In this document: positions 20,370 through 31,921 of the stretch, one piece after another | Numbering within the stretch: the stretch's first letter is position 1 | Layout of the letters: each line of letters starts with the position of its first letter | Assembly: GCA_020249045.1 (NCBI GenBank) | Contig: JADCGK010000049.1 | Span: forward strand, 9,112-73,111 | From: Azospirillum sp. | GTDB lineage: Bacteria > Pseudomonadota > Alphaproteobacteria > CACIAM-22H2 | Reading direction: 5' to 3' | DNA: 64,000 nucleotides | Notes under the pieces: model-generated | What the model was told of the DNA's origin: nothing | Databases searched by the model: none | Seen by the model: only the letters and a program-made list of their open reading frames with translations | Made by a program: the position numbers and the translations under genes

Positions 20370-21334
20370 GCGGACCCATCCACCTCGCTTTCGACGACAA
20401 TCGCCTCCTTTCCTCGCTGTTCGGCGAGCACGACCGGCACCTCGCGCGCATCGAGCAATTGCTTGGCGTGGCGATCGCCTCGCGCGGAAACGAGGTCCGC
20501 ATCCAAGGCCCGCATTCGGCCGCCGAGGCTGCGCGCGACGCGCTCAACGCGCTCTACGCCAAGCTCGTGAAGGGCATGCCGGTCGATCTGGGCGAAGTGG
20601 AGGCGGCCGTCCGCTTCAGCAATCCGGTCAATGGCGGGGCGGGCGAGCGCGAGTTGTTCGACGCCGAGGCGCTGGCCATCGCCACGCGCAAGCGCCGGGT
20701 GGCCCCGCGCACCGGCACGCAAGGCGCTTATCTCAAGGCGCTCAAGCAGAACGAACTCGTCTTCGGCGTCGGCCCAGCCGGCACGGGCAAGACCTATCTG
20801 GCCGTCGCCGTCGCCGTCGATCATCTGATCACCGGCAAGGTCGATCGGATCATCCTGTCGCGCCCGGCGGTCGAAGCGGGCGAACGGCTCGGCTTCCTGC
20901 CCGGCGACCTCAAGGAAAAGGTCGATCCCTATCTGCGGCCGCTCTACGACGCTTTGCACGACATGCTGCCGCCCGACCTGGTCGCCAAGCGCCTGACCTC
21001 GGGGGAGATCGAAGTCGCCCCGCTCGCCTTCATGCGCGGCCGCACGCTCGCCCACGCCTTCGCCATCCTCGACGAGGCGCAGAACACCACGCCCATGCAG
21101 ATGAAGATGTTCCTCACCCGCCTGGGCGAGGGCAGCCGCATGGTCGTCACCGGCGATCTCACCCAAATCGATCTGCCGCCGGGGCAGAAATCCGGCTTGG
21201 CCGAGGCGCTCGACACGCTCGACGGCGTTCCGGGCATCGGCGTCACGCGCTTCACCGGCCAGGACGTCGTGCGCCACCCGCTGGTCGGACGCATCGTCGA
21301 GGCGTATCGCAAGCGCGAGGAAGGCGGACGATGA
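20366..21334 (+). CDS. ybeZ: PhoH-like ATPase (YbeZ)
   Basis: [16 protein letters not shown] Walker A and the PhoH family C-terminus. Overlaps the miaB stop. Conserved miaB-phoH-ybeY-corC order. Confidence 0.9.
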   Translation: MSGPIHLAFDDNRLLSSLFGEHDRHLARIEQLLGVAIASRGNEVRIQGPHSAAEAARDALNALYAKLVKGMPVDLGEVEAAVRFSNPVNGGAGERELFDAEALAIATRKRRVAPRTGTQGAYLKALKQNELVFGVGPAGTGKTYLAVAVAVDHLITGKVDRIILSRPAVEAGERLGFLPGDLKEKVDPYLRPLYDALHDMLPPDLVAKRLTSGEIEVAPLAFMRGRTLAHAFAILDEAQNTTPMQMKMFLTRLGEGSRMVVTGDLTQIDLPPGQKSGLAEALDTLDGVPGIGVTRFTGQDVVRHPLVGRIVEAYRKREEGGR

Positions 21335-21792
21335 ACGCGGCCCTCGCCGTTTCGATCGACGATCCGCGCTGGCGCAAGCGCGTGCGCGGCGCCGACGCGT
21401 TGGTGCGCCGGGCGGCGCGCGCGGCGCTGGACGGCGCCCCGCGCGCGGGCGAAATCCGCTACGCCCTGGCCGACGACGCGTTCTTGCGCGAACTCAACCA
21501 CGATTTCCGCGGCAAGGACAAACCGACGAACGTGCTGTCCTTTCCGGACGACGCGCCGGGCGCCTTGGGCGACGTCGCCCTGGCCTTCGAAACCTGCGCG
21601 GCCGAGGCGCGCGCGCAAGGCAAAACGCTGGACGCGCATCTGGCGCATCTGATCGTGCACGGAACGCTGCATCTTTTGGGCTGGGACCACGAGACCGTCC
21701 CCGAGGCGCTGGCGATGGAAGCGCGCGAACGCCGCGCCTTGCGCCGCTTGCGCGTGCCCGATCCCTATCGCGCGCGGAAGATCCGCCGATGA
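21331..21792 (+). CDS. ybeY: rRNA maturation endoribonuclease YbeY
   Basis: [16 protein letters not shown] metal-binding motif. Confidence 0.9.
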   Translation: MNAALAVSIDDPRWRKRVRGADALVRRAARAALDGAPRAGEIRYALADDAFLRELNHDFRGKDKPTNVLSFPDDAPGALGDVALAFETCAAEARAQGKTLDAHLAHLIVHGTLHLLGWDHETVPEALAMEARERRALRRLRVPDPYRARKIRR

Positions 21793-22676
21793 GCGACGCC
21801 GACACGACATTCGCCGACCGTCTGCGCGAACGCCTGCGCACGATGCTGCGCCCCAAGGGCCGCGCGGCCGAGGAGCAGCTGCGCGACACGATCGAGGAGA
21901 TCATCGAGGAGGGCGACGCGCCCGCCGAACCGATGGGGGCGGCCGAGCGCGCGATCCTCGCCAATGTGCTGCGCTTGCGCGAAGTCTCGGCCGAGGACGT
22001 GATGGTGCCGCGCGCGGACATCGTGGCGATCGAACAGGACGTCGACCTCGACCGCCTCGCCGAGTTCTTCGCGCGCGAGGCGCATTCGCGCGTGCCGGTC
22101 TATCGCGGCACGCTCGACGACGTGCTGGGCTTCGTGCATCTGAAGGACGTCGTGCGCGCGCGCCAATCCGGTAGCGCCGCCAAGCTGCCCGATCTGTTGC
22201 GCAAGGTGCTGTTCGTCGCCCCGTCGATGCGCGTGCTCGATCTGCTGTTGGAGATGCGCAAGTCGCGCACGCATCTGGCGCTGGTCGTGGACGAATACGG
22301 CGGGGTGGACGGTCTCGTCACCGTCGAGGACGTCGTCGAGGCGATCGTCGGGGACATCGAGGACGAGCACGACGTCGAGGAAGGTCCGCGCCTGCAGAAA
22401 ATCGCTGACGGGTGGCTGGTCGACGCGCGCGTGTCGATCGAGGAATTCCAGGCGCAGACGGGTCTGGCGCTCGACGACGACACCCGTGCGGCCGACATCG
22501 ACACGGTGGGCGGCGCCGTCGCCGCCATCGTCGGCCGCGTGCCGGGCCGCGGCGAGGTGATCCGCCACCCGGCGGGCTGCCAGTTCGAGATCGTCGACGC
22601 CGATCCGCGCCGCATCCGCAAACTCAAGGCCCGCGCGCCCGCGGCCAAGGCGCCGCGCGAAAGCGCGGCCGATTGA
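21789..22676 (+). CDS. corC: CBS-pair/CorC-HlyC family protein (TlyC/YbeX)
   Basis: Tandem CBS domains and a CorC_HlyC C-terminal domain. In the conserved position after ybeY. Confidence 0.85.
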   Translation: MSDADTTFADRLRERLRTMLRPKGRAAEEQLRDTIEEIIEEGDAPAEPMGAAERAILANVLRLREVSAEDVMVPRADIVAIEQDVDLDRLAEFFAREAHSRVPVYRGTLDDVLGFVHLKDVVRARQSGSAAKLPDLLRKVLFVAPSMRVLDLLLEMRKSRTHLALVVDEYGGVDGLVTVEDVVEAIVGDIEDEHDVEEGPRLQKIADGWLVDARVSIEEFQAQTGLALDDDTRAADIDTVGGAVAAIVGRVPGRGEVIRHPAGCQFEIVDADPRRIRKLKARAPAAKAPRESAAD

Positions 22677-22678
22677 CG

Positions 22679-24232
22679 ATGGACGCGCGCGCGCGGATCG
22701 CCCGGCTTTTTGCCGCGGCGGGGTGGCGGCGGCGTGGTCTTGCGGCGGCGCTGGGTGTGGCGGCCGCCGGCGCGTTGCCGCCCGTGCATCTCCTGCCGCT
22801 CGCCTTCGCGGCGTTTTCCGGGCTTCTGCTGACCTTGCGTGCGGCTGCCGCCGAACGGCCGGCCGCCGCTTTTTGGATCGGCTGGTGGTTCGGCGCAGGG
22901 TTCCACGTCGCGGGGCTTTACTGGATCGCCAACGCGCTGTTGATCGAATGGCAGCGCGTGGGCTGGATGATCCCCTTCGCCGTGTTCGGCCTGTCCGCCT
23001 TCCTCGCCGTTTTCGTCGGCGGCGCGTGTTACGCCGTGCGGCGCGCGGGCGGCGGGACGCTTGCGGGCGCGTTTTTCCTCGCCGCGTTATGGACCCTGGC
23101 GGAGATCGTGCGCGGCACGGTGCTGACCGGCTTTCCGTGGAATTTGATCGCCACGGTTTGGGTCGAAACCGAAACCGTGCTGCAACTCGCCGCGATCGGC
23201 GGCGCTTATGGCGTGTCGGCGCTGAGCGTGTTGCTGTTCGCGCTGCCCGCGACCTTGCGCGCGCGGCCGATTTTGGCCGGGGCGGCGGGGTTGGCGCTCG
23301 CCGTCGGGTTCGGCGCCTGGCGTCTTGCCGAGAATCCCGCGCGCGACGTGCCCGACGTGCGCTTGCGGCTGGTCCAGCCCGTCGTTCCCCAGGCGCTCAA
23401 ATGGGACCCCGAAGCGCGCGAAGCCAATCTCGAACGCACGATCGCGCTGTCGCGGAGCCCCGGGCTCGAAACCCGCACGCACGTCATTTGGGGCGAAACC
23501 GCCACGTCGTTCCCGATCTGGGGCGACGATCACCCGCGTTTCGTCGAACGCCGGCGCCAAGTCGCCCAAGCCGCACCCCCCGATGGCGTTTTGATCGTGG
23601 GGGCGGTCCGGGTCGAAAGCGACGCCGCCGGCGGAATCGCGGCGTGGAATTCCTTTCACGCGATCGATTCGCGCGCGCGCATGCTCGCCAATTACGACAA
23701 GCATCATCTGGTGCCGTTCGGCGAGTACGTGCCGTTCCGCGGGATCCTGCCGATCGACAAGGTTGTGCCCGGCAGTCTCGATTTCAGCGCCGGTCCGGGC
23801 GTGGCGACCGTGCGCGTGCCGGGCCTGCCGCCGTTGTCGCCGTCGATTTGTTACGAAATCGTGTTCCCCGGCCGTGCCGTCGACGCGGCCGACCGGCCGG
23901 GCTTGATCGTCAACCTGACCAACGATTCATGGTTCGGCTATTCCGCCGGTCCGTTCCAGCATTTTGCCGCGGCGAAGTTGCGCGCGGTCGAGGAAGGCGT
24001 GCCGGTCGTGCGGGCCGCGGGCGGGGGGATTTCGGGCATCGTCGATCCGTTCGGCCGCGTGACCGCGCGTTTGGGCCTCGAGCAAATCGGCGTTTTGGAT
24101 GCGAATTTGCCCGTGGCGGCGACCGCCACGCCCTTCGCCCGGTTCGGCGCCGGGATCGCCGCCGTCGGGCTCGCGATGCTTATGCTTTGCGGTTTTTGGA
24201 TCGCGAAAAGATCGAAAATCGATGGCGATTAG
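22679..24232 (+). CDS. lnt: Apolipoprotein N-acyltransferase
   Basis: Multi-TM N-terminus followed by a CN-hydrolase domain (the Lnt Glu-Lys-Cys triad family; ...PSICYEIVF with the nucleophile Cys). 517 aa. Confidence 0.85.
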   Translation: MDARARIARLFAAAGWRRRGLAAALGVAAAGALPPVHLLPLAFAAFSGLLLTLRAAAAERPAAAFWIGWWFGAGFHVAGLYWIANALLIEWQRVGWMIPFAVFGLSAFLAVFVGGACYAVRRAGGGTLAGAFFLAALWTLAEIVRGTVLTGFPWNLIATVWVETETVLQLAAIGGAYGVSALSVLLFALPATLRARPILAGAAGLALAVGFGAWRLAENPARDVPDVRLRLVQPVVPQALKWDPEAREANLERTIALSRSPGLETRTHVIWGETATSFPIWGDDHPRFVERRRQVAQAAPPDGVLIVGAVRVESDAAGGIAAWNSFHAIDSRARMLANYDKHHLVPFGEYVPFRGILPIDKVVPGSLDFSAGPGVATVRVPGLPPLSPSICYEIVFPGRAVDAADRPGLIVNLTNDSWFGYSAGPFQHFAAAKLRAVEEGVPVVRAAGGGISGIVDPFGRVTARLGLEQIGVLDANLPVAATATPFARFGAGIAAVGLAMLMLCGFWIAKRSKIDGD

Positions 24233-24334
24233 CAATCGAAATCTTTGCTTCTTTCCCAAATTCTTCCTACAAATGTACAAGGTTGCGACTGCGCGCAGGC
24301 GCCGGGCCGACCGCCCGCGAAGGAGAGCGATAGA

Positions 24335-24859
24335 ATGGCTGCCAAAACGATCCAGAAGAAGCGACGCGGAAATCCGCTGGGCCGGCGGGGTCGCGCTTCG
24401 CCGGGTCCGAACCCCATCGACATCCATGTCGGCAAGCGCTTTCGGGAGCGGCGGACTGTTTTGGGCATGTCCCAACACGATGTGGGCCGGTTGCTCGGCG
24501 TGACTTTCCAGCAGGTGCAGAAGAACGAACGCGGCGCCAATCGCTTCTCGGCGTCCCGGCTTTACGAGGCCGCCCGGGTGCTCGACGTTCCGGTCGGCTA
24601 TTTCTTCGAGGATATGCCCTCGGAAGTCTCCACCCACGGCCGCAAGCACATGCAAGGCGTGGCCGAAGGGCCGGCGCCGTCCTTCGATCTCGATCCGATG
24701 GCCAAGCGCGAAACGCTGGAATTGGTCCGCGCCTATTACGACCTGACCGACCGGGGCGTGCGGCAGAACATGGTCACGATGATGCGGACTTTGGCCAAAA
24801 ACGACCCGGGCTCCCGGGTCCATGACCGTCCCCGCCGGGGCCGTCCGCCCAAGAAATAA
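24335..24859 (+). CDS. XRE-family helix-turn-helix transcriptional regulator
   Basis: [31 protein letters not shown]. Strong RBS AAGGAGAG 8 nt upstream. Sits in the conserved alphaproteobacterial position between lnt and metK. Confidence 0.7.
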   Translation: MAAKTIQKKRRGNPLGRRGRASPGPNPIDIHVGKRFRERRTVLGMSQHDVGRLLGVTFQQVQKNERGANRFSASRLYEAARVLDVPVGYFFEDMPSEVSTHGRKHMQGVAEGPAPSFDLDPMAKRETLELVRAYYDLTDRGVRQNMVTMMRTLAKNDPGSRVHDRPRRGRPPKK

Positions 24860-25062
24860 AGGCCCGATCCGGCCTCCGGCCGCCCGCAACCTACCGGTTG
24901 ACGCGCGCGGCGTTCCTTGCCACAAGACCCGCGCGCGCGGGCGACCTCCGGACGGAATGCCGGGGGGGCCGCGCGCGTTCACGTTTCCGGGCGCGCGTCG
25001 CCGCCCGGGCGGCGGGGCCAACCTCGCCGTCTTCCCCGGTCCGGTTTTGGAGGCAGGCCCCC

Positions 25063-26277
25063 ATGCGCAAGGGCGAATACGTTTTCACCAGCGAGTCCGT
25101 TTCCGAAGGCCATCCCGACAAGGTGTGCGATCGCATCTCCGACGCGATCGTCGACGCGTTCTTGTCGGTCGATCCCTACGCCCGTCTGGGCTGCGAAACC
25201 CTCGCGACGACCAACCGGATCGTGATCGCCGGCGAAGTCCGCCTCGACGCCAAGAAGTGCGGCCCCAAGGCGCCGATGCTCAAGGGCGGCAAGATCAACG
25301 CGCCGTTGATCGAGAAGATCGCGCGCGACGTGGTCAAGGAGATCGGCTACGAGCAGGACGGCTTCCACTGGAAGCGCAACAAGATCGACGTGCTGCTGCA
25401 CGGCCAGTCGGCGGACATCGCCATGGGCGTGGACGCGGCCGGCAACAAGGACGAAGGTGCCGGCGACCAGGGCATCATGTTCGGCTACGCGACGAACGAA
25501 ACCGAAGAGTTGATGCCGGCGCCGCTGCAGTATTCGCACAACATCCTGCGTCTGATGGCCGAAGCGCGCCACTCGGGCAAGGAGAAGAACTTCGAGCCCG
25601 ACGCGAAGAGCCAGGTCACGTTGCGCTACGTGAACGGCAAGCCCGTCGAAGCCACCGCCATCGTCGTGTCGACCCAGCATTCCAAGAAGGTCGATCAGGA
25701 CGACGTGCGCGAGATGGTGCGCCCCTACGTGCAGAAGGTTCTGCCCAAGGGCTGGAAGATCCCCGAGGCCGAGTTCTACGTGAACCCGACCGGCCAGTTC
25801 ATCATCGGCGGGCCGGACGGCGACGCCGGGTTGACGGGCCGCAAGATCATCGTCGACACCTACGGCGGTGCGGCCCCGCACGGCGGCGGCGCGTTCTCGG
25901 GCAAGGATCCGACGAAGGTCGACCGCTCGGCCGCCTATGCCGCGCGTTACCTGGCCAAGAACGTGGTCGCCGCGGGTCTGGCGGATCGTTGCACGATCCA
26001 GCTGTCCTACGCGATCGGCGTGTCCAAGCCGCTGTCGGTCTACGTCGACACCGCGGGCACCGGCCGCGTGGACGAGAACAAGCTGTCGAAGCTGCTGCAG
26101 GAACTCATGGACCTGAGCCCGCGCGGCATCCGCACGCATCTGAAGCTGAACCGTCCGATCTATCGCCGCACCTCCTCCTACGGCCATTTCGGCCGCAAGC
26201 CGGAGAAGGACGGCGGCTTCTCGTGGGAGAAGACCGATCTGGTGGCCGATCTGAAATCGGCCTTCGGCGCGCGTTGA
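25063..26277 (+). CDS. metK: S-adenosylmethionine synthase
   Basis: [29 protein letters not shown] and the [16 protein letters not shown] signature motifs. Confidence 0.95.
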   Translation: MRKGEYVFTSESVSEGHPDKVCDRISDAIVDAFLSVDPYARLGCETLATTNRIVIAGEVRLDAKKCGPKAPMLKGGKINAPLIEKIARDVVKEIGYEQDGFHWKRNKIDVLLHGQSADIAMGVDAAGNKDEGAGDQGIMFGYATNETEELMPAPLQYSHNILRLMAEARHSGKEKNFEPDAKSQVTLRYVNGKPVEATAIVVSTQHSKKVDQDDVREMVRPYVQKVLPKGWKIPEAEFYVNPTGQFIIGGPDGDAGLTGRKIIVDTYGGAAPHGGGAFSGKDPTKVDRSAAYAARYLAKNVVAAGLADRCTIQLSYAIGVSKPLSVYVDTAGTGRVDENKLSKLLQELMDLSPRGIRTHLKLNRPIYRRTSSYGHFGRKPEKDGGFSWEKTDLVADLKSAFGAR

Positions 26278-27008
26278 GCGCTGCGGACACCGACGATCGG
26301 GACGAGGCGCCGGGAACCCCCCGGCGCCTCGTTCGTTCCGATCGGCTGCACTCCTACGGGCGGCGGCGCGGGCGCAAGCTCCGGCCCGGGCAAAGCGCGT
26401 TGCTGGAAACGGCACTCGGCGCGTTCGAAATCGACGCCCCGCTGGACCTTGCCGCCGCCTTCGGTTCGCCGCCCGCCCGGCTTTGGCTGGAGATCGGGTT
26501 CGGCGGCGGGGAACATCTCGCCCATCAAGCCGCGGCCAATCCCGACGTGGCGATCATCGGTGCCGAGCCTTTCGTGAACGGCGTCGTATCGGCGGTGCGG
26601 CATTTGCGCGACCGCGCCCTTGCCAATGTCCGGCTTTATCAGGGCGACGCGCGCGACCTGTTCGCCGGAATCGGGGATGGCGGGCTCGAAAAAATCTTCG
26701 TGCTCCACCCCGATCCGTGGCCCAAAGCCCGCCACCACAAGCGCCGCCTGATCCAAAAGCCGTTTCTGGACGACGCGGCACGAATGCTGCGGCCGGGCGG
26801 GGAATTGCGCCTGGCGACCGACGACCCGGATTATCTGATGTGGATGCTGCAACGCGTGCTCGTCCATCCCGCCTTCGAATGGACGGCGAACACCGCCGAC
26901 GATTGGCGGCTGATTCCCGCCGATGCGATCGAAACGCGCTACGGCGTCAAATCGCGCCGGGAGGGCCGGCCCGCGACCTTCTTGCGCTTGCGCCGCCGCG
27001 CTGCCTAA
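26274..27008 (+). CDS. trmB: tRNA (guanine46-N7)-methyltransferase
   Basis: Has the [11 protein letters not shown]-terminal motif, the [13 protein letters not shown]-binding motif and the [14 protein letters not shown] motif. The start is uncertain. The only in-frame candidate near the metK stop is TTG at 26274. No ATG or GTG was found before the conserved N-terminal motif. Confidence 0.8.
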   Translation: MSAADTDDRDEAPGTPRRLVRSDRLHSYGRRRGRKLRPGQSALLETALGAFEIDAPLDLAAAFGSPPARLWLEIGFGGGEHLAHQAAANPDVAIIGAEPFVNGVVSAVRHLRDRALANVRLYQGDARDLFAGIGDGGLEKIFVLHPDPWPKARHHKRRLIQKPFLDDAARMLRPGGELRLATDDPDYLMWMLQRVLVHPAFEWTANTADDWRLIPADAIETRYGVKSRREGRPATFLRLRRRAA

Positions 27009-28298
27009 TTGACGGCGATGGACCCTTCCCAAGACCGTCCGATCGACCGTCTCGCCGCCACCGCGGCGTTGGCCGCTCCGGCCGCTTTGGCATTCGCCGT
27101 CTTGGCGGCGTTCGACGCCGTCGATTGGCCGTGGGCGGCGCTGGGCGCGCTTGCGGCGACGCTGGGCGTGGCGGCGGTTCTTCGGCGCCAAGCGGCCGGC
27201 CGTTCGCGCGGCGACGGTGTCGGCGGATCGGCGACATCCCCGGCCGGTGCGGCCGCGCGCGCGGCGGCCCTCGAAACGCTGTTCGACGCGTTGCCCGACG
27301 CCCTATTGCTGCTCGGCCCGGACGAAACCATCCGGCGCGCCAACGCCGCCGCGCGCGCGATCTTCGGCGATACGCCGGTCGGCATGCCGTTGGTCGCGTT
27401 CATGCGCGATCCGGGTACGCTCGATGCGGTCACCGAAGCGCTGGCGGGCCGCGCGCCCGAAGCGGTGGACGCGGTGATCGCCGGGGCGGTCGAACGCGCG
27501 CTGCGCGTGCGCGCCGTGCCCTTGCCGCCCGACGGCGTGTTGCTGGCGCTGACCGACGTGACGGCCGTGCGCCGGGCCGAACGCATGCGCCGCGATTTCG
27601 TCGCCAATGTCAGCCACGAACTGCGCACGCCCTTGGCCGCGTTGTCGGGTTTCATCGAAACCCTGCAAGGCCCGGCGAAGGACGACGCGCCCGCCCGCGC
27701 GCGATTCTTGGGCATCATGGCCCAGCAATCCGCGCGCATGACCCGGATCGTGACCGATCTGCTTTCGCTGTCGAAGATCGAGGAGAGCGAACACACCCCG
27801 CCCGCCGACCGCGTTGACGCCGCCCGATTGGTGCAGACCACGATCGACGCGCTGGCCCCGCAGGCGCGCGTCAAATCGGCGACGATCCGCGCGGACATCG
27901 CCGACGGATTGCCGCCCGTGCTGGGCGACGCCGACCAACTCGCCCAAGTCGCGCAGAACCTGATCGACAACGCGATCAAATACGGCCGCGCCGGCGGCAC
28001 GGTGACGGTGCGCCTCGCGCGCGCGGTCACGCTGCCCGCGGGCTTCGTGGCGCGCCATGGCGCCTATCTCGCGCTCGAAGTGCGCGACGAGGGCGAGGGG
28101 ATCGCGCGCGAGCATCTGCCGCGCTTGACCGAGCGGTTCTACCGGGTCGACGCGGGCCGGTCGCGCGACATGGGCGGCACGGGCCTGGGCCTCGCCATCG
28201 TCAAACACATCGTCAACCGCCATCGCGCGGCGCTCGACGTCGACAGCGAACCCGGCAAAGGGACGGTGTTCGCCGTCTATCTGCCGGTCGCCGAATGA
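27009..28298 (+). CDS. PAS-domain sensor histidine kinase (PhoR-like HisKA + HATPase)
   Basis: N-terminal TM segment, a PAS-like region, H-box DFVANVSHELRTPLAAL (as in PhoR), and N/G1/G2 boxes (NLIDNAIKYG, GGTGLGLAIVKHIV). No adjacent response regulator. Confidence 0.8.
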   Translation: MTAMDPSQDRPIDRLAATAALAAPAALAFAVLAAFDAVDWPWAALGALAATLGVAAVLRRQAAGRSRGDGVGGSATSPAGAAARAAALETLFDALPDALLLLGPDETIRRANAAARAIFGDTPVGMPLVAFMRDPGTLDAVTEALAGRAPEAVDAVIAGAVERALRVRAVPLPPDGVLLALTDVTAVRRAERMRRDFVANVSHELRTPLAALSGFIETLQGPAKDDAPARARFLGIMAQQSARMTRIVTDLLSLSKIEESEHTPPADRVDAARLVQTTIDALAPQARVKSATIRADIADGLPPVLGDADQLAQVAQNLIDNAIKYGRAGGTVTVRLARAVTLPAGFVARHGAYLALEVRDEGEGIAREHLPRLTERFYRVDAGRSRDMGGTGLGLAIVKHIVNRHRAALDVDSEPGKGTVFAVYLPVAE

Positions 28299-28753
28299 CG
28301 GCGACGGAGATCCGCGCCGAACCGGCGGATTCGCCCGACGCGATCGGTTGCGTGCGCGCCTATTTCGCCGAACTCGCCGCGCGGTTCGAGGGGGGCTTCG
28401 ATCCGGGCAGCAAGGGTTTCGCGGGCGGACCCGAGGCGGGCGAGTTTTTTCTCGCGCGGCGACACGGGCGGGTCGTCGGCTGCGGGGCGCTGCGTGCGCT
28501 CGAGCCCGGTCTTTACGAGATCAAGCGCATGTGGGTCGCCCCCGAGGCGCGCGGGGCGGGCGTGGGCAAGGCGCTGCTCGCCTTCCTGGAGGACCGGGCG
28601 CGCGCGCGCGGCGCCGTGCGCCTGGTGCTCGACACCAACAAGTCCCTCGCCGAAGCGCGCACGCTCTACGCGCGCGCGGGCTATCGCGAGATCGCGCGCT
28701 ACAACGACAATCCCTACGCCGATTTCTGGTTCGAAAAACGGCTCAGCGCGTGA
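28295..28753 (+). CDS. GNAT family N-acetyltransferase
   Basis: RGAGVGKALL motif A. Overlaps the kinase stop (ATGA). Confidence 0.7.
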   Translation: MTATEIRAEPADSPDAIGCVRAYFAELAARFEGGFDPGSKGFAGGPEAGEFFLARRHGRVVGCGALRALEPGLYEIKRMWVAPEARGAGVGKALLAFLEDRARARGAVRLVLDTNKSLAEARTLYARAGYREIARYNDNPYADFWFEKRLSA

Positions 28754-29483
28754 TCGCGGCGCCGATCTCGCCGGGCTTGTCGGTGATCAGCGCATCGACC
28801 CCCCAGGCGAGCAACTCGCGCGCGCGCGGGGCTTCGTTGACGGTCCACACCAGCACCGGATGGCCCGCAACCTTCGCGGCGCGCACTTGGGCCTCGGTCA
28901 GGCGCTTCCAGCCCGGATGGATCGTCGCGCAGCCCAGCGCCTTGGCCTCGCCCAGCCAATCGCCGGTCAATTCCTCGGCCAGATAGCCGCGCGGCAGATG
29001 CGCGAAATCCTTCTGCGCCGCAGCCAGCGCAGCGCGCTTGAAGCTCGACACGACCGGCGTGGGCAGCGATTTCGGCCATAATTCGTCGACCAGCGCGCAG
29101 GCCGCGCGCGCGGTTTCCGCTTCGCGGCCCGGGCAGGGTTTGATCTCGATGTTGAAGCCCATGCCGAGCGACGCCATCAGCGCCATCGCTTCTTCGAGCG
29201 TCGGCACCTTCGTGCCGGCGAACGCGGGCCCGAACCATGCGCCCGCGTCGAGGGCGCGGATTTCGGCCAGCGTATGGGCCGCGACGTCGCCTTTGCCCGA
29301 GGTCGTGCGGTCGAGCGTCTCGTCGTGCATCAGGATCGGCACGCCATCCTTGGTCAGTTTGGCGTCGAACTCGATCCACGTCGCGCCCTGGCGATGGGCC
29401 TCCTCGATCGCGGGCAGGGTGTTTTCGGGCGCCGAGGCTTTGGCGCCGCGATGGCCGATCAGGCGGGGAATGGCGAGGGGCAT
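28743..29483 (-). CDS. ugpQ: Glycerophosphodiester phosphodiesterase
   Basis: LIGHRGAKASAPENTLPAIEEAHRQGATWIEFDAKLTKDGVPILMHDETLDRTT, the canonical GDPD catalytic motifs (HR...E.D...H.D). Confidence 0.8.
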   Translation of the reverse strand: MPLAIPRLIGHRGAKASAPENTLPAIEEAHRQGATWIEFDAKLTKDGVPILMHDETLDRTTSGKGDVAAHTLAEIRALDAGAWFGPAFAGTKVPTLEEAMALMASLGMGFNIEIKPCPGREAETARAACALVDELWPKSLPTPVVSSFKRAALAAAQKDFAHLPRGYLAEELTGDWLGEAKALGCATIHPGWKRLTEAQVRAAKVAGHPVLVWTVNEAPRARELLAWGVDALITDKPGEIGAAITR

Positions 29484-29564
29484 GGCATGTCCTGGAAACG
29501 AAAGCGGCCCCCGACCGGATTTCGCCGGAGCGGGGGCCGCGGGGTTCGCGACGACGGCGCCGGC

Positions 29565-31700
29565 TTACTCGGCCGGACCGTCCTTCTTCTTGTCGAACTG
29601 GTCGGAGATGTCCGCACCCGTGGCTTGATCCACGCGGCGCATCGACAGCTTGACCTTGCCGCGGTCGTCGAAGCCGATCAGCTTGACCTTGACCGCGTCG
29701 CCGACCTTGACGACGTCGGCGGTCTTTTCGACGCGGCGCGGCGCGAGTTCGGAGATGTGCACGAGGCCGTCCTTCGAGCCCATGAAGTTCACGAAGGCGC
29801 CGAAATCCATGATCTTGACGACCTTGCCGACGTAGATCGCGCCGAGTTCGGGTTCGGCGGCGATGCCCTTGATCCAGTCGATCGCCTGCTTGGCCTTCTC
29901 CTCGCTCGTCGAGGCGACCTTGATCGTGCCGTCGTCCTCGATGTCGATCTTGCAGCCCGTGACCTCGACGATTTCGCGGATGACCTTGCCGCCGGTGCCG
30001 ATGACTTCGCGGATCTTGTCCTTCGGAATCGTGAAGGTCGTGATGCGCGGGGCGTTGGCCGACACGCCGTCGCGCGCCCCGGTCAGGCCCTTCGACATTT
30101 CGCCGAGGATGTGCAGGCGGCCGTCCTTGGCCTGGCCCAGCGCGATCTTCATGATGTTCTCGTCGATCGAAGTGATCTTGAGATCCATCTGAAGCGAGGT
30201 GACGCCCTTCTCGGTGCCCGCGACCTTGAAGTCCATGTCGCCGAGATGATCCTCGTCGCCGAGGATGTCGCTCAGCACCGCGTATCCGCGGTCCTCCTTG
30301 ATGAGGCCCATGGCGATGCCCGCCACGGGGCGGGGCAGCGGCACGCCGGCATCCATCAGCGACAGCGACGAACCGCACACCGTCGCCATCGAGGACGAAC
30401 CGTTGGACTCCGTGATCTCCGACACGACGCGGATCGTGTACGGGAACTTGTCCTTGGGCGGCAGCAGCGGCCGGATGGCGCGCCAGGCGAGCTTGCCGTG
30501 GCCGATCTCGCGGCGGCCGGGCGAACCCATGCGCTTGGCTTCGCCGACCGAGTAGGGCGGGAAGTTGTAGTGCAGCATGAAGTGCTCGCGGTATTCGCCT
30601 TCGAGCGCGTCGATGATCTGCTCGTCGTCGCCCGTGCCCAACGTGGCGACGCACAAGGCTTGCGTTTCGCCGCGGGTGAACAGCGCCGAACCGTGCGCGC
30701 GCGGCAGCAGGCCGACCTCGCTCACGATGGGCCGCACGGTCTTGGTGTCGCGGCCGTCGATGCGCTTGCCGGTGTCCAGGATGTTGTCGCGCACGACCTT
30801 GGCTTCGAGGTCGCCGAACGCGTTGCCCGCGATCGCGGCTTCCTCGGGGATGTCCTTGAACAGGGCCATCGCCTTGGCCTTGATCGCGGCGACCTTGTCG
30901 CGGCGCGCGAACTTGACCGGTTCCTTGTAGGCTTCGGCGAGCTCGCCCGCGAACGCGGCCAGCTTGGCGTTGACCGACGCGGCGGCGGGCGGGGCTTCGG
31001 GCAGCGCCCAGGGTTCCTTGGCGGCGGCTTCGGCCAGCGAAATGATCATGTCGATCACCGGCTGGAAGGCGCGATGGCCGAACATCACGGCGCCCAGCAT
31101 CGTCTCTTCGCTGAGTTCCTTGGCTTCCGATTCGACCATCAGGACGCCGTCCTTCGTGCCCGCGACCACGAGGTCGAGGTCCGAGGCGGTCATTTCCTCC
31201 TGCAGCGGATTGAGCTTGAACTCCCCGCCGAACACGCCGACGCGCGCCGCCCCGATGGGGCCCATGAACGGAATGCCCGAAATCGTCAGGGCCGCCGAAC
31301 AGCCGACCATCGCGACGATGTCCGGATCGTTCTGCAGGTCGTGCGACAGGACGGTCGCGATCACCTGCACTTCGTTGCGGAAATTCTCCGGGAACAACGG
31401 ACGGATCGGACGGTCGATCAGACGGGAAACGAGCGTTTCCTTTTCCGTCGGACGGCCTTCGCGCTTGAAGAAGCCGCCGGGGATCTTGCCGGCCGCGAAG
31501 GTCTTTTCCTGGTAGTGGACGGTCAGCGGGAAGAAATCCTGCCCCGGCTTGGCCGATTTGGCGCCGACGACCGTGCACAGCACGACCGTGTCGCCCAGGC
31601 GCGCGACGACCGCGCCGTCGGCCTGGCGGGCCACTTTGCCCGTTTCGAGGGAGAGCGTGCGCCCGCCCCACTGAATCTCGCGCTTGATCACATCGAACAT
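29565..31700 (-). CDS. pnp: Polyribonucleotide nucleotidyltransferase (PNPase)
   Basis: Two RNase PH domains plus KH and S1. 711 aa. Conserved rpsO-pnp adjacency. Confidence 0.95.
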   Translation of the reverse strand: MFDVIKREIQWGGRTLSLETGKVARQADGAVVARLGDTVVLCTVVGAKSAKPGQDFFPLTVHYQEKTFAAGKIPGGFFKREGRPTEKETLVSRLIDRPIRPLFPENFRNEVQVIATVLSHDLQNDPDIVAMVGCSAALTISGIPFMGPIGAARVGVFGGEFKLNPLQEEMTASDLDLVVAGTKDGVLMVESEAKELSEETMLGAVMFGHRAFQPVIDMIISLAEAAAKEPWALPEAPPAAASVNAKLAAFAGELAEAYKEPVKFARRDKVAAIKAKAMALFKDIPEEAAIAGNAFGDLEAKVVRDNILDTGKRIDGRDTKTVRPIVSEVGLLPRAHGSALFTRGETQALCVATLGTGDDEQIIDALEGEYREHFMLHYNFPPYSVGEAKRMGSPGRREIGHGKLAWRAIRPLLPPKDKFPYTIRVVSEITESNGSSSMATVCGSSLSLMDAGVPLPRPVAGIAMGLIKEDRGYAVLSDILGDEDHLGDMDFKVAGTEKGVTSLQMDLKITSIDENIMKIALGQAKDGRLHILGEMSKGLTGARDGVSANAPRITTFTIPKDKIREVIGTGGKVIREIVEVTGCKIDIEDDGTIKVASTSEEKAKQAIDWIKGIAAEPELGAIYVGKVVKIMDFGAFVNFMGSKDGLVHISELAPRRVEKTADVVKVGDAVKVKLIGFDDRGKVKLSMRRVDQATGADISDQFDKKKDGPAE

Positions 31701-31860
31701 TTTTCTCTTACCTTCCTTGCCCTCGTACGGACCCGCGACGCCGCCCCTATGGCGAAGATCGCGTGGCGCCGGCCGTCTCCGCCCCCATGGCGGAAACCGG
31801 AGCCGACGCCGCCCATGGACTTCTGGACGTCGTGAAACGATGCGCGCGACGACGCGGCCC

Positions 31861-31878
31861 GCCGGGCTTTCGCCCGGC
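31861..31878 (-). terminator. Perfect 7-bp stem-loop (GCCGGGC-TTTC-GCCCGGC) about 45 nt downstream of rpsO, in the pnp leader
   Basis: An inverted repeat seen directly in the sequence. It sits where the rpsO terminator and pnp-leader RNase III hairpin sit in characterised bacteria. No U-tract follows on the sense strand. Confidence 0.4.
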
Positions 31879-31921
31879 GGTTGGCCGCAGATCGTCGCGC
31901 GCGGAATTCAAACTTGGGACT

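Noticed and set aside
24860-25062. SAM-II/SAM riboswitch in the 200-nt metK leader.
   Set aside because: No U-rich pseudoknot-forming tract or AAAGCU-like core is visible. The region is GC-rich and unstructured by eye. It is probably a plain promoter or leader.
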